From a virus: a stretch of 64,000 bases of DNA. Of this stretch, positions 9,905-19,480 are shown piece by piece. Both the position numbers and the translations under genes were made by a program. The notes under the pieces are model-generated. The model did not search any database, was not told the origin of the DNA, and was given only the letters and a program-made list of their open reading frames with translations. The stretch spans positions 5,997-69,996 of the IMG/VR virus record IMGVR_UViG_3300024520_000060, one strand, 5' to 3'. The stretch's first letter is position 1; each line of letters opens with the position of its first letter.

Positions 9905-10894
9905 TCAGTTGACCACGGTCAGGAAGAAGTAGCCGAGGTCGGCACTCACCTGGTTCTGGTCGAAGGCCATCTCGATCTCGAGACGGTCGGCCTTCAGGTG
10001 CTCCATGCGCATGCGGGAGATCCGCGTGCCGAGAGCACCACCACCGAGCAGACCGCTCCACGTGAACGTGTAGCCAGCCGAGGGGACCATGAGTCCCGGC
10101 GACGGCGCAGCGAACAGGAGCAGCGCGTTCTTCCCACCGATGTAGGAGTGGACGTTCGTGAGCCCCTCCGACGCGGTGTTCTGGATCGCGTCCATGACGA
10201 GGATCTCGCTGAGCTCGAAGAGAGCAGCGAGGGCGTCACGCATGACGATGGCGGGACCGGAGGTCTGGCCCCGGTCAAGACGACCGACGATGTCGGGGTG
10301 GTCCAGAAGCTGATCGTAGACCTCGCGGCCAAGGATCATCTTGTTGGGACGGAAACCCGTCGACTCGTGCACCGTGCGGATGCCGGTACGGACGTCTTCG
10401 ATCGGAGTCGAAGCAGCCTCGTCCCAGCGTTGCACCTGAGAAGCACCCGGAGCGCCGGAGACGCCCGTGACTTCCGAAGTCCACGCGCCGGTGACGAAGT
10501 GAGTGGAGGTCCACTCCACTTCCTTGCGGAGCAGACCCTGAAGGGTCAGGAGCTCCGTGGCCTCGCGGTCGAGGCTGATGGGGCTGTCGGCGTTGGCACG
10601 GACTTGGTCCGCGACGTCCCGGTGCAGGGCCCACACATCAGCGGCGTAGGACGCCGTGCTGATGCTGTAGTTGGCACCAGCGGACTCGGCACCCGGGGCA
10701 CGCTTCTCCATCTCGGCGCGGTTGAAGTACCCGCGATCGTAGGTGAAGTAGGTATCCGACTGCTTCGCCACTGCGATGCGAGGGAACGCCCGATCGGCGA
10801 TGAATGCATCCTGACTCTGGATGTAGGCCAGAGAGATGCTGGAAAGCGGACCGTTGACATGAACGTCAGACCGCGACGGTTGAGAGAAAGGCAT
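9905..10894 (-). CDS. major capsid protein
   Basis: 329 aa; PLSSISLAY..FIADRAFP..V N-terminus, PNKMILGREVYDQLLDHPDI, GYFF C-terminus; follows scaffold and decoration genes. Confidence 0.9.
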   Translation of the reverse strand: MPFSQPSRSDVHVNGPLSSISLAYIQSQDAFIADRAFPRIAVAKQSDTYFTYDRGYFNRAEMEKRAPGAESAGANYSISTASYAADVWALHRDVADQVRANADSPISLDREATELLTLQGLLRKEVEWTSTHFVTGAWTSEVTGVSGAPGASQVQRWDEAASTPIEDVRTGIRTVHESTGFRPNKMILGREVYDQLLDHPDIVGRLDRGQTSGPAIVMRDALAALFELSEILVMDAIQNTASEGLTNVHSYIGGKNALLLFAAPSPGLMVPSAGYTFTWSGLLGGGALGTRISRMRMEHLKADRLEIEMAFDQNQVSADLGYFFLTVVN

Positions 10895-10926
10895 TGTTGA
10901 TGCTCCTTGTTGTTGCGATCAGAAGA

Positions 10927-11304
10927 TCAGGTGACTTGGTCGAGGTCGACCGTGAAGAGGACAGAGATGATCTGACCGTCGACACCGGCTTCCATGGCCT
11001 TGCCAACCCAGCTGGCACCCGTGGCACCAGCGTAGTCCTGCACTTTGCCGTCGGTCATCGCTTCGAGCTTCCCGCCTGCGGTGACAACGCCACCACATTC
11101 GAGTTTCACGACCGCACCATTGGGCAGAGCCAGGGGGAATGCGCCACCAACGGTGGCTTGCGTTTCGGCAGCGACACCGTCAGGTGCCCCGTCGGCAACG
11201 GTGTGGTCGTACTGACCGTCCGCTGCAAGAGTGACGAGACGGTAGACCACGACTGCGGTTCCGGCTTCGCCCGAGATGAGCTTGACTGCTTGAGAGGTTG
11301 CCAT
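10927..11304 (-). CDS. capsid decoration/cement protein (DUF2190-like)
   Basis: 125 aa, Gly/Ala/Val-rich; GKAMEAGVDGQIISV; directly upstream of the capsid gene. Confidence 0.75.
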   Translation of the reverse strand: MATSQAVKLISGEAGTAVVVYRLVTLAADGQYDHTVADGAPDGVAAETQATVGGAFPLALPNGAVVKLECGGVVTAGGKLEAMTDGKVQDYAGATGASWVGKAMEAGVDGQIISVLFTVDLDQVT

Positions 11305-11321
11305 GATTGGAACTCCTGGGC

Positions 11322-12530
11322 TCAGAAGCCGAGCGACTTGCTGTAAGCCACTTCGCCTTCAGGGGTTTTCAGAGCCTTGGCCATGGCCTGCTCCGGGGAA
11401 AGGGTGGGATCCTGGGTGAGGATCGCTTTCGCGAGGACCTCCAGCTCGTTGCCTTCACCGCTCGGAACCTCGGAGGTCCCTTTGCGCACGAACGCCTCGG
11501 CCATCGCAGCTTCCTGCTTGGTCAGCGCCTCAAGAGCCGGACTTTGGTCCGCCTCCGGGAGCGCGTCGATCCCCTTGAGGATCAGAGCCGCAGCGACGGT
11601 GCCGCCCACGATGTGGGAGAAACCTTCCGCACGCTTGGAGAGGTCGGCCGCTTTCGCGATCTCCTCACCCTTCACGCGCAGGTCACGCTCGGCATCGGCA
11701 CGCTTGGCGAGGGAGACCATGCGTTGGTCGTCGCTTTTGCGGTACTCGGTGCCTTCGGCATCGGTGTAGACCACCGCGTTCGCCTCAGCCGCTTTCGCGA
11801 CCTCGGCGTTGCGGAGATCGGTGGGAAGAGCGAGGAAGTCATCCTGGCCCACGGAGTCGAGAGCGGAGAAGATCGACCGCTGGGCATCGTTCAGCTCAGC
11901 GACTTTCTCTGCGCGCTCGGCACGCTTGGTCAGCTCATCGAGCTGCTTGGCGACCGCCTCGTCGACAGTCTGATCGTTCTCTTTGGACATGTGTGTACCT
12001 TGTTGAACGGTGCCGACAGAATCGGCGGTGGAGTCACCCGAGTTGGATTTGGAGGCTTCGGTGGGGTCGGGCACCCCGGCTTTGGCCTTTTCTAGGCTGA
12101 TCGCAACGTCCAGAGAACGGTGGTCCAGCAGTGTGTTGTGAGTGTGACCGTTGGCCTCACCGATGGTGAAGTTGCCGGTGTCCGGATCTCGAACCCAGGG
12201 GTGCGAGTGGTGCATCCCGTCGCTGTCCATGATGAAGGAAGTCTCCCCCACCATGGTGCGGGCCCCGGGGCCTGACTCGTCGACGAGGGTATGCGTGTGT
12301 CCGTTGGTCGCTGTGGTGAGGATGGCTCGCTTGCCGAAGGGATTCTTGCTTTTGCCTTTGCCCTTCTTGCCGTCCTCCTCCTCCTCCTCCTCCTCGCCCT
12401 TCTTGCCGTCTGCCCTCTTCATGATCGACATCACGCAGTCAGGTTGGGCCGGACGATCCACGGCGCTGATCTCGTCCAGGGTCATGGACTCGAACACGCT
12501 CTTCACGATGTTGCCGTCTGCGTCAATCAT
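11322..12530 (-). CDS. scaffold protein with N-terminal LDEISAVDRPA motif and His-rich segment
   Basis: 402 aa; coiled-coil C-terminal half; NGHTH / MHHSH / NGHTH repeats; lies between protease and decoration genes. Confidence 0.7.
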   Translation of the reverse strand: MIDADGNIVKSVFESMTLDEISAVDRPAQPDCVMSIMKRADGKKGEEEEEEEDGKKGKGKSKNPFGKRAILTTATNGHTHTLVDESGPGARTMVGETSFIMDSDGMHHSHPWVRDPDTGNFTIGEANGHTHNTLLDHRSLDVAISLEKAKAGVPDPTEASKSNSGDSTADSVGTVQQGTHMSKENDQTVDEAVAKQLDELTKRAERAEKVAELNDAQRSIFSALDSVGQDDFLALPTDLRNAEVAKAAEANAVVYTDAEGTEYRKSDDQRMVSLAKRADAERDLRVKGEEIAKAADLSKRAEGFSHIVGGTVAAALILKGIDALPEADQSPALEALTKQEAAMAEAFVRKGTSEVPSGEGNELEVLAKAILTQDPTLSPEQAMAKALKTPEGEVAYSKSLGF

Positions 12531-12922
12531 GCGAGGGGTACGTTGGTGGCGTTGCCGCCGATGGAGAAGCCTGTGTACTCGCCGTCAGCGAACTTCTTCA
12601 GGACTTCCGGGGAGTCAGGCTTCATTGCGATCAGGAGCCCGGTATGCTTGGTCACAATGCCCAGGGAGTCGGCGATGTCGCCGGTCAGGGGGAACATGAA
12701 GGTGATGTCGCCGATCTGATCACCCGTGTGCATCTCTTTCGCCACCCGCGAGTTCTTCGCGAAGTCGAACGAACCCTTGAGCATTACGGGTTCGGGGATG
12801 TGGTCGCCCTGGAGGTCGAAGTAGGGCTCGCCGTCAGCCTTGCAGACGATGGCGAAGCCAAAGACGAGACCTAGGGAGTCATCAACCTTGAGGATGGAGG
12901 AGGTCTGGAGGTGAGATGTCAT
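12527..12922 (-). CDS. XkdF-like prohead serine protease
   Basis: LVFGFA..DLQGD..EMH..GEYTGFSIGG motifs. Confidence 0.85.
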   Translation of the reverse strand: MTSHLQTSSILKVDDSLGLVFGFAIVCKADGEPYFDLQGDHIPEPVMLKGSFDFAKNSRVAKEMHTGDQIGDITFMFPLTGDIADSLGIVTKHTGLLIAMKPDSPEVLKKFADGEYTGFSIGGNATNVPLA

Positions 12923-12984
12923 AGTGTGACGAGTCCGATAGTAAGGCGAGTGACGAGCCGAGCGAAAGGGAAATCCTCAGATTC

Positions 12985-13968
12985 CTAAAGGAACTCCACA
13001 GAAAGTCCAGGCACAGGCGCCAGTTCCTTGATCCGAGTCCCCACCGCGCAACGACATTGGATGTCTTCTTCCGCGACACCGAATCCACCTGGAATCAGGG
13101 TTGTATTACCTTTTCCTGAGGTAAATCGTTCGCCGAATTGTACGACCTGGCCGTGCATGGAACTGTGCGTACCACGGACCCGCTCGTCAAGGGCAGTGTT
13201 CCACTCGGTGGAGAGGCCAGCAGGATCGAGGCCAGCCGCGATGGCTTGCTCGTACATGGCTAGGTTGCCCGCGTGAACGCTACCAAGCGCCTCCGTGCGG
13301 GCGATGGTCGTGGCACGGAAGTCGATGAATCGCTCCCGGTAGCGGTCGACCATGCGGTCGATCTGAGTGCGGGTCAGGGGCTTGTTCTGCTCGATGGCCC
13401 GTCGGACCGTGGAGTCGAATCGTTTGTCGCGGAGAGCTCGATCGAAGATGGCCTTGTCACCTTCGCTGAGCAATCGCTTGTAGTTGTTCACCGCCTTCAC
13501 CTGATGCTCGGTGAGGCCGATGGAGTCCTTGAAGTTCCGAGCCTGCTGTGCAGGGTTGGCCCCGGTCCGGATACCTTCAAGGATCGCTTCGCGTGTCGCC
13601 CGGGCCTGGGCCTGGGTGAACTCTCGGACCAGCCGCAGCTGGTTTTCTCGCGCCAGTTGCATGGCGAAGGGGTTCGTCTGGTCGAAGTGGACCACGAGGA
13701 ACTCGAGGTTCTTGTTGAGGAACTCAGCAGTGTCCTTGGCGGCAGCCACGAACGCTTCGGTGTATAGCCCACCCAAACCTGGCGCACGGCGCAGGGTCTC
13801 TGTGAGGGCTTCCTCGAATCTGCCTCGCTCGAGCAGGTCTGCAATGTGAGCGAGGTCGATGTCAGACTTGATGTCCCTGACCAGCAGAGAGAACCCCGAA
13901 GCAAACTGGGGTGCTTGCGCAGCCACCAGTGCCTGGAGCCTCTCTGCTGGATCGAGGATGTCAGCCAA
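12985..13968 (-). CDS. minor head morphogenesis protein (Mu gpF / SPP1 gp7-like)
   Basis: RATTIARTE, W...LDERVRGTH, IQCRC motifs. Confidence 0.9.
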   Translation of the reverse strand: MADILDPAERLQALVAAQAPQFASGFSLLVRDIKSDIDLAHIADLLERGRFEEALTETLRRAPGLGGLYTEAFVAAAKDTAEFLNKNLEFLVVHFDQTNPFAMQLARENQLRLVREFTQAQARATREAILEGIRTGANPAQQARNFKDSIGLTEHQVKAVNNYKRLLSEGDKAIFDRALRDKRFDSTVRRAIEQNKPLTRTQIDRMVDRYRERFIDFRATTIARTEALGSVHAGNLAMYEQAIAAGLDPAGLSTEWNTALDERVRGTHSSMHGQVVQFGERFTSGKGNTTLIPGGFGVAEEDIQCRCAVGTRIKELAPVPGLSVEFL

Positions 13969-13969
13969 C

Positions 13970-14545
13970 TCAGCTGTTCTCGTTGCCGAGGTCGATGAAG
14001 GTGATGTCCACGGTGCCCGTCAGGCTGACCGTGTCGTCGACCGTGACCGGAGTCGGGAGGCCGATGTTCCAGTAGACGCCGCAGGTGGCCGAGTCGGGCA
14101 GGACGGAGGCCGGGGTGGCCGTCGCCTGAGCGTGCGAGTCATAGAGCGCAGCGGGCGTCAGGTCCGAGGCGTCTTCGTCCTGCTTCTCGATGATGTTGAT
14201 CATCGTGGTGGCGAGCGTCTGAGCCGAGGCCGGTTCCGAACCGAGGCCAACGTCCATGTCCGTGCCGATCACGATGCCGGTGGACAGGTTGCCCTTGGTC
14301 ATCTCGACGTTGGTCTCGCAACCGAGAATCATGATGTTGCGATCCTGGAAGTCGAGCAGCTGTGCGCTGCCGTAGTCCAGGGCTGCCGTGATGGAGACCA
14401 CGACGTCGGTGAGGGTGACACGAACACGCTGAACGGCATGGAACTGCCGATCGACGGCAGTGCCGGAGTCGCCAGCGCCGGGAGCGGCACTGTTCGCGTC
14501 TTCGAGATGGGGAATCAGCGTAGGCTGATGGAGATGAGTTGTCAT
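13970..14545 (-). CDS. hypothetical virion protein
   Basis: 191 aa, beta-rich, tightly packed in the head module. Confidence 0.6.
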   Translation of the reverse strand: MTTHLHQPTLIPHLEDANSAAPGAGDSGTAVDRQFHAVQRVRVTLTDVVVSITAALDYGSAQLLDFQDRNIMILGCETNVEMTKGNLSTGIVIGTDMDVGLGSEPASAQTLATTMINIIEKQDEDASDLTPAALYDSHAQATATPASVLPDSATCGVYWNIGLPTPVTVDDTVSLTGTVDITFIDLGNENS

Positions 14546-14597
14546 TGGAAGTTTCCGTGTGGTACCAGAAAGGGGTTCTCAGAGTGCGACTCTGAGG

Positions 14598-14975
14598 CTA
14601 CTCGCTTCGCGAGATGCAGTTGTAGACGGCCTGAGCCGGGTCTACGAGGACCTGGATCACGTTGTAGGTTGTACCCAGAATCGTGATCCGGTCCCCCGGG
14701 GTGGGCACAGTGCTTCCCCCGTTGATCGTGTCTCCGAGAAGGGCAATCAGAGTGTCTGCCTCCTCGGTGAGAGTTGCGTCGACTCGGTTGCGGTCGAGGA
14801 TGTCGATGAATCCCTTGCACGCGTGGGACGCGGTGGTCGGGTTGGTTCCGCCGGTCAGCTGCCCACCAGTGCGAGATCCACCCGTGACCTTGATCAGCGT
14901 GGCATCGTTGACACCAGGACCGATATTGTCCTTGATGAGCTTGGAGATGTCGACTCCGAAGAGGGGGTTGCCCAT
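14598..14975 (-). CDS. head-tail joining (stopper) protein
   Basis: 125 aa; PTPGDRITI..YNVIQV..DPAQAVY; follows the adaptor. Confidence 0.7.
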   Translation of the reverse strand: MGNPLFGVDISKLIKDNIGPGVNDATLIKVTGGSRTGGQLTGGTNPTTASHACKGFIDILDRNRVDATLTEEADTLIALLGDTINGGSTVPTPGDRITILGTTYNVIQVLVDPAQAVYNCISRSE

Positions 14976-15586
14976 TAGGCCAGTCCGCCGTTCAAGCCGA
15001 AGTCATCCTCGTCGAATGCGGAGTCGCAGTCTGTACCCCTGGAGACAGGAGTGGCGAAGCCAGAGCTGGTCCCAGCTTCTGTGTAGCACTTGGTGTAGTC
15101 GTGGGCCACCTGAGGCAGGCGAACATCGCTGGCCGTACCCTCCGTGCCTACGAAGAACAGAACCGAGGCCGAGCCTGCGCCAACCCTCTTGATGTTGGAG
15201 CCCTCGCCCGGGGAGGTGGAGGATGCGGCGTCCACCAGGATCATGCCGGCGAGCCACGCCTGAGCGTAGAACATGTCGTCCGGAGTGGTGCCGTCAGCGA
15301 CTGCCGTGCCACAGTCCTCGGCGTTGTCCCGGGGCCATGCGCGAGGCTGACCCGCCACCGTCTCGTCACCCGTGAAGATGAGAGCGCGGTCGATCCAGTC
15401 TGCAGCCTGCACGAGCGCACGCTTCTCGTCGTCCGCAGCCGCAGTCACGGCAGCGTCCCATGCAGTCTTCTCCGCACCGAGCCTGCCGTTCCAGAAGGTC
15501 GTGGTCTCAGCAACCGCGTTGGTGGCGGTGAGGGCGTAGACGGAGAAGGTGTCCGCTCCGATGGTGATTGTGTCGATGACTGCCAT
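14975..15586 (-). CDS. head-tail adaptor (DnaT-like annotation family)
   Basis: KRALVQAADWID..F.G....QPRAWPR motif. Confidence 0.8.
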   Translation of the reverse strand: MAVIDTITIGADTFSVYALTATNAVAETTTFWNGRLGAEKTAWDAAVTAAADDEKRALVQAADWIDRALIFTGDETVAGQPRAWPRDNAEDCGTAVADGTTPDDMFYAQAWLAGMILVDAASSTSPGEGSNIKRVGAGSASVLFFVGTEGTASDVRLPQVAHDYTKCYTEAGTSSGFATPVSRGTDCDSAFDEDDFGLNGGLA

Positions 15587-15590
15587 GGCA

Positions 15591-15827
15591 TTACGGCTGG
15601 TTCAGGAGGAACTGGAGATCAGCTCGGAGTTGGGCGAGGGTAGCCGGAGGGATGACGTAAGCGATAGCGACTTCTTGCAATTTGCTGAGACGAGCATCTA
15701 GAACAAGCAGTTCGGCCTTGGTGCTGGCTGGGACGTTGGGGGAGATGGCAGAACCAAGATCACGAGTGATCTTGGCGAGCTCTTCAGTGACGACGTAGAG
15801 CATGTGGGCTTCGTCGTACTGAACCAT
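15591..15827 (-). CDS. hypothetical protein
   Basis: Likely start MVQYDEAH at 15827, overlapping the upstream stop. Confidence 0.55.
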   Translation of the reverse strand: MVQYDEAHMLYVVTEELAKITRDLGSAISPNVPASTKAELLVLDARLSKLQEVAIAYVIPPATLAQLRADLQFLLNQP

Positions 15828-16696
15828 CAGGTTTCTCTCCGTCGCATGTAGACAGTCGCGACGCCGTCCACAATGGTAGTTGGACTCAGCACCCCGTCGA
15901 TATCTCCCCAGTTGACGGACAGGAAGCCATTTGCTGCGAAGTTGTCGTTGAGGTCGAAATCGGACGCCCCATCGGCAGGGCTGGTGACGACCACGCCGGT
16001 CAGTCGCGTGCTGTTTCGCCACACCACAAAGTCCCCACTCGGCGTTACGCTTCCGTCGTGTTGGGCGACCATGCCTACAATGGTGACGGCATGGACCGGA
16101 GAGTGACCGGAGCCTCCACCGTTTGCGAGTACGTTGCCTCCGTATCGTAGATACGATTCAGCGGTCACGTTGCCGTTGCGGCCAAACTGGTAGATTTCCA
16201 ACTCGCCGAGCCACTTGGCGCGGTCGGAGTCGTAGTGGAAGGCCCAGTTGAGGTCGGTACGGTACCAAGGCTTGCCGTGGTAGAGCGCGGACGGGAACGA
16301 GTCGCCAGAGTTGGTAGCCTCCACCAACTTGACGAATCCGTCCGAGGTATACATGCGCCACACACCGTCACGCTCAACCCAGTGGAGGGCCTCGCCGATT
16401 TCAAGCGTGCCCTTCCAGAGCTGACGATCAGTGGAGCCATCGTAGGCCATGATCGTGATGAGGTTCGAGACGGAGGCGTGCGTGTTGGTCACGACAATGT
16501 GCCGGATCTGAGCTTCGACGCCCGACGCTGGTTGGTACAGCGTGGTCGTAGTCGCGGTCGAGATCGTGCCCTGACTGAGAGGAGCTACGATGTCGGACGG
16601 CCCCGTCGCGTGCGTCGTGCCAAACACTCCGTATTCGATCGTGCCGGCGGAGCCGGTGACAACTCTGGGATAGACTGTATTGGATGCTGAGTACAT
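15827..16696 (-). CDS. hypothetical virion protein
   Basis: Likely start MYSASNTV at 16696 (TGATG coupling); beta-rich. Confidence 0.6.
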   Translation of the reverse strand: MYSASNTVYPRVVTGSAGTIEYGVFGTTHATGPSDIVAPLSQGTISTATTTTLYQPASGVEAQIRHIVVTNTHASVSNLITIMAYDGSTDRQLWKGTLEIGEALHWVERDGVWRMYTSDGFVKLVEATNSGDSFPSALYHGKPWYRTDLNWAFHYDSDRAKWLGELEIYQFGRNGNVTAESYLRYGGNVLANGGGSGHSPVHAVTIVGMVAQHDGSVTPSGDFVVWRNSTRLTGVVVTSPADGASDFDLNDNFAANGFLSVNWGDIDGVLSPTTIVDGVATVYMRRRET

Positions 16697-17121
16697 CAGA
16701 AAATGTAGTTCAGTTTTCGGTTCTCGGGAGCAGCAGCACCGGCAGCACCTGTGGCTCCGATGATGTTCGTGGAGAGGGCCCAAGCTGAAGAGACGACCTG
16801 GTACACATCCCCGTTGGTCTCATTGAGGTACATGTCCCCTTCTTCATCGCCGCCGATGAGGGAAGGAGCTCCGGCAGCTGTGCGCCAGTCGTTTCCATCG
16901 ACCCCGGGGTCTCCCTGTGCGCCAGTGGCGCCCGTGATGTTGGAGACGAAGGCCCATACGCTGGACTGCACCTGGTAGATGTCGTCCGCCGTGGTGTCGA
17001 GGTACATGTCCCCTTCTTCGTCACCTCCAATGAGGGAGGGGGCTCCTGCGCCCACGCGCCAGTCGTTTCCGCCTCCGCTGCCTCCGCTGACGTTCTCGCC
17101 GTATGCTCTCGGGAGTGTCAT
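16696..17121 (-). CDS. fibre-like protein with an internal duplication and short Gly-X-Y stretches
   Basis: Two copies of NDWR..GAPSLIGGDEEGDMYL....D.YQV.SS.WA...NI.GATGA.G. Confidence 0.7.
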   Translation of the reverse strand: MTLPRAYGENVSGGSGGGNDWRVGAGAPSLIGGDEEGDMYLDTTADDIYQVQSSVWAFVSNITGATGAQGDPGVDGNDWRTAAGAPSLIGGDEEGDMYLNETNGDVYQVVSSAWALSTNIIGATGAAGAAAPENRKLNYIF

Positions 17122-17495
17122 GACAGGAAGGACTGAACGTCCACCCTCCAGGTCGTGACCCCGGCAGAGAGTGCCGAAGTCACTGCGACATTGATACGAC
17201 GGATGGGACCGGCGAAGTCGACTTGTGTTAGCGCAGCAGCATCCTGAACGCTGCCTGTAGGAGCCTCGAGGTGCGGGTTCACATCACTGGCCAGCGTGAC
17301 GGTGAACTCTCCGGTCTCCGTAGCGGCATCGATGGGATCGCCACTGACGTCGAACATCTTGATTCCCAGGAAGCTGTGAGGCAGCAGGGTCTCCGCGAGT
17401 TCCATGTCCACCGAGTCCGTAGGCCCAGCGTCTGCAGACCTGACAGTCTGGATGACACCTTGGGCTCGCTGGGTATGGGTGGAGACGACGGCCAT
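17118..17495 (-). CDS. hypothetical virion protein
   Basis: 125 aa, packed operon; similar size and pattern to 17499-17876. Confidence 0.6.
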   Translation of the reverse strand: MAVVSTHTQRAQGVIQTVRSADAGPTDSVDMELAETLLPHSFLGIKMFDVSGDPIDAATETGEFTVTLASDVNPHLEAPTGSVQDAAALTQVDFAGPIRRINVAVTSALSAGVTTWRVDVQSFLS

Positions 17496-17498
17496 TCG

Positions 17499-17876
17499 TT
17501 ACTTGTAGAAGGTGACGATGAGCTGCCAGGTGATGGTGAGTGACTCAGAGGCGAGCACACCTCGGATAGCCTCGACCGGACGGTTCTGCGTCTTGGAGAC
17601 GGGAGCTGTCAGGTCGATCGAGGAGCTGTAGGGTTCGAAGGCAAGCGTCTTCGAGCTGTCCCCTCCCGGACCCATGGAGGTGACAGTACATGTGCCGGCG
17701 ACGTCGACAATCTCATCGCCACCAACATTGAACATCCGAATCTGGACGAAGGTCTGGCGGAACGACCCACCGAGGTTCGTGAGGAGGATGTCGTCAGCCG
17801 CGAGGGCCTTGTCGGAGGTGAAGGTGACTTTGTCTGTACCTTCCTGACGATTGAGTACTGTGCTGTTGTCTGCCAT
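17499..17876 (-). CDS. hypothetical virion protein
   Basis: 125 aa, directly after the portal. Confidence 0.6.
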   Translation of the reverse strand: MADNSTVLNRQEGTDKVTFTSDKALAADDILLTNLGGSFRQTFVQIRMFNVGGDEIVDVAGTCTVTSMGPGGDSSKTLAFEPYSSSIDLTAPVSKTQNRPVEAIRGVLASESLTITWQLIVTFYK

Positions 17877-17878
17877 GA

Positions 17879-19342
17879 CTACTTGCTATCTGAGGGCTTC
17901 TCGCCCTCCTTGGGTTTCGGTTCCGCCCCGGGCTGGGTGGGCATGCCGGGGATGTTGGTCCCGCCGAGGGCGAGGTCCGGGTCGAGGAGAACCGGCTCGG
18001 ATTGCTCCGACAGGCCGATCAGCTCCCTGATTTCGTTGATGGCGGGATCGTCCGGAGCCAGCGGCGCACCGGCACGGGCCAGAGTCTCCAGAGCGTCGAC
18101 GACCTGCTGGATCTCACGGTACTGGACCTTCTCGATGACGAAGGTGGGCCTGAGCTTGTCGTCCCACCCGTTCAGAGTCCAGATCGGAGTAAGGAGGTCC
18201 TTCTCCATCGTTTCCCGCACAGACTGAAGGCACGAGTCGATGATGAGGCCCAAGGACTGAGACTTGTCCTTCGCCAGTGCGAAGCTGCCGGTGGAGTCCC
18301 CACCCAGCAACATCTGCTCAACGCCGAGAACCCGCGCCATCTCACGGTTGATCCGTTCGATTGCTGCAGCGACTTCCTTCTGCCCCTGGGGTTCCCCCTG
18401 AAGAATTTCGACGTCCCACTGACGGACAGACGAAGGCGCGTTGCGCTCGTCGGCTGTCGAGTACGTTGCACTGTCCAGGATCATCCCGAGCTCGGGATTC
18501 CGGTTGTGCGATTCGATGAAGTCCAGCATGGGCTGCTGAAGGGCTGTCGCCTGAGCCCGCGTGAGGGCTCCCTGAGTGACCATTTCCTCCATCTGCGTGA
18601 AGGGGCCCCGGGCCACGGGCATACCGCGAAGGTCCGTCTCGAACCCCCACGACTCCAGAAGTTCGAACCTCTCCAGCTTCACCGCGAGCTTGATGAGGTG
18701 CCGGAACAGGCCGAGGCCCTCCGGACTGTCATTCAGAGTGTCGTCTACCGTGTAGACAATCTTCTCTCGGGGGAGGTAGACCTCAGCCCCTGTCTGCGGA
18801 TTCCGTTGAACCACGCCCATCACCCTACCCGTAGTGTCGATGTCCCACTTCTCAATCGTCTTCTGCGATCGAGGCTCGATGTCGAGAAGGCCGAACGCTC
18901 CGTCCTCTTCTCGGATCTTCGCTGTCCACTCCTGGATGCTGAACCCCCAGAAGCAGTACATCGCCGAGCGACGCACGATCCGGTGCCAGGGAGTGAGCAT
19001 GTCATGCATCATCTCCGTGACGAGTTCCGCCTTCTCCTCGGCTTCCGAGCTGTCGTCCGCCGGTTCGGCGTGCCAACCCGCCTTGCTCACCATGTTGATG
19101 AAGAACCGAACACCAGCCGCCACAATGGCGGTGTTCGCCAACATCTCGGAATACGAGGTGAATCGCTCCTGGCCCTGAAGCCGAGAGTCTTTCTCGTTGT
19201 TGACCACCTGCCCGGCGTACACGGCGACACCCGGAGCCCCGACTGTGTCGGTAGGCTGAGGGGTACTGTGTCCTGCGGCGATGTTCGGATCCAGCGGTGC
19301 TGCCTTGCGGATCCGGTTGTTTCGTCTGCTGCGTTTGCTCAT
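17879..19342 (-). CDS. portal protein (DUF935 / Mu gp29-like)
   Basis: 487 aa after TerL; WGFSIQE, SPEGLGLFR, GSFALAKDK motifs. Confidence 0.9.
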   Translation of the reverse strand: MSKRSRRNNRIRKAAPLDPNIAAGHSTPQPTDTVGAPGVAVYAGQVVNNEKDSRLQGQERFTSYSEMLANTAIVAAGVRFFINMVSKAGWHAEPADDSSEAEEKAELVTEMMHDMLTPWHRIVRRSAMYCFWGFSIQEWTAKIREEDGAFGLLDIEPRSQKTIEKWDIDTTGRVMGVVQRNPQTGAEVYLPREKIVYTVDDTLNDSPEGLGLFRHLIKLAVKLERFELLESWGFETDLRGMPVARGPFTQMEEMVTQGALTRAQATALQQPMLDFIESHNRNPELGMILDSATYSTADERNAPSSVRQWDVEILQGEPQGQKEVAAAIERINREMARVLGVEQMLLGGDSTGSFALAKDKSQSLGLIIDSCLQSVRETMEKDLLTPIWTLNGWDDKLRPTFVIEKVQYREIQQVVDALETLARAGAPLAPDDPAINEIRELIGLSEQSEPVLLDPDLALGGTNIPGMPTQPGAEPKPKEGEKPSDSK

Positions 19343-19480
19343 GTGGTGACTCAGCTGGCCGTTGTGCTGGTGGGTTGCCCGCGTTGGGGCGAATGTTCAG
19401 TGCTTGAGGCCGCTTTGTCTCTGACAATCCCGATCATAACCTGACGAGGTCCAAGATGTATAGGAGAAAACGAGAAACTC

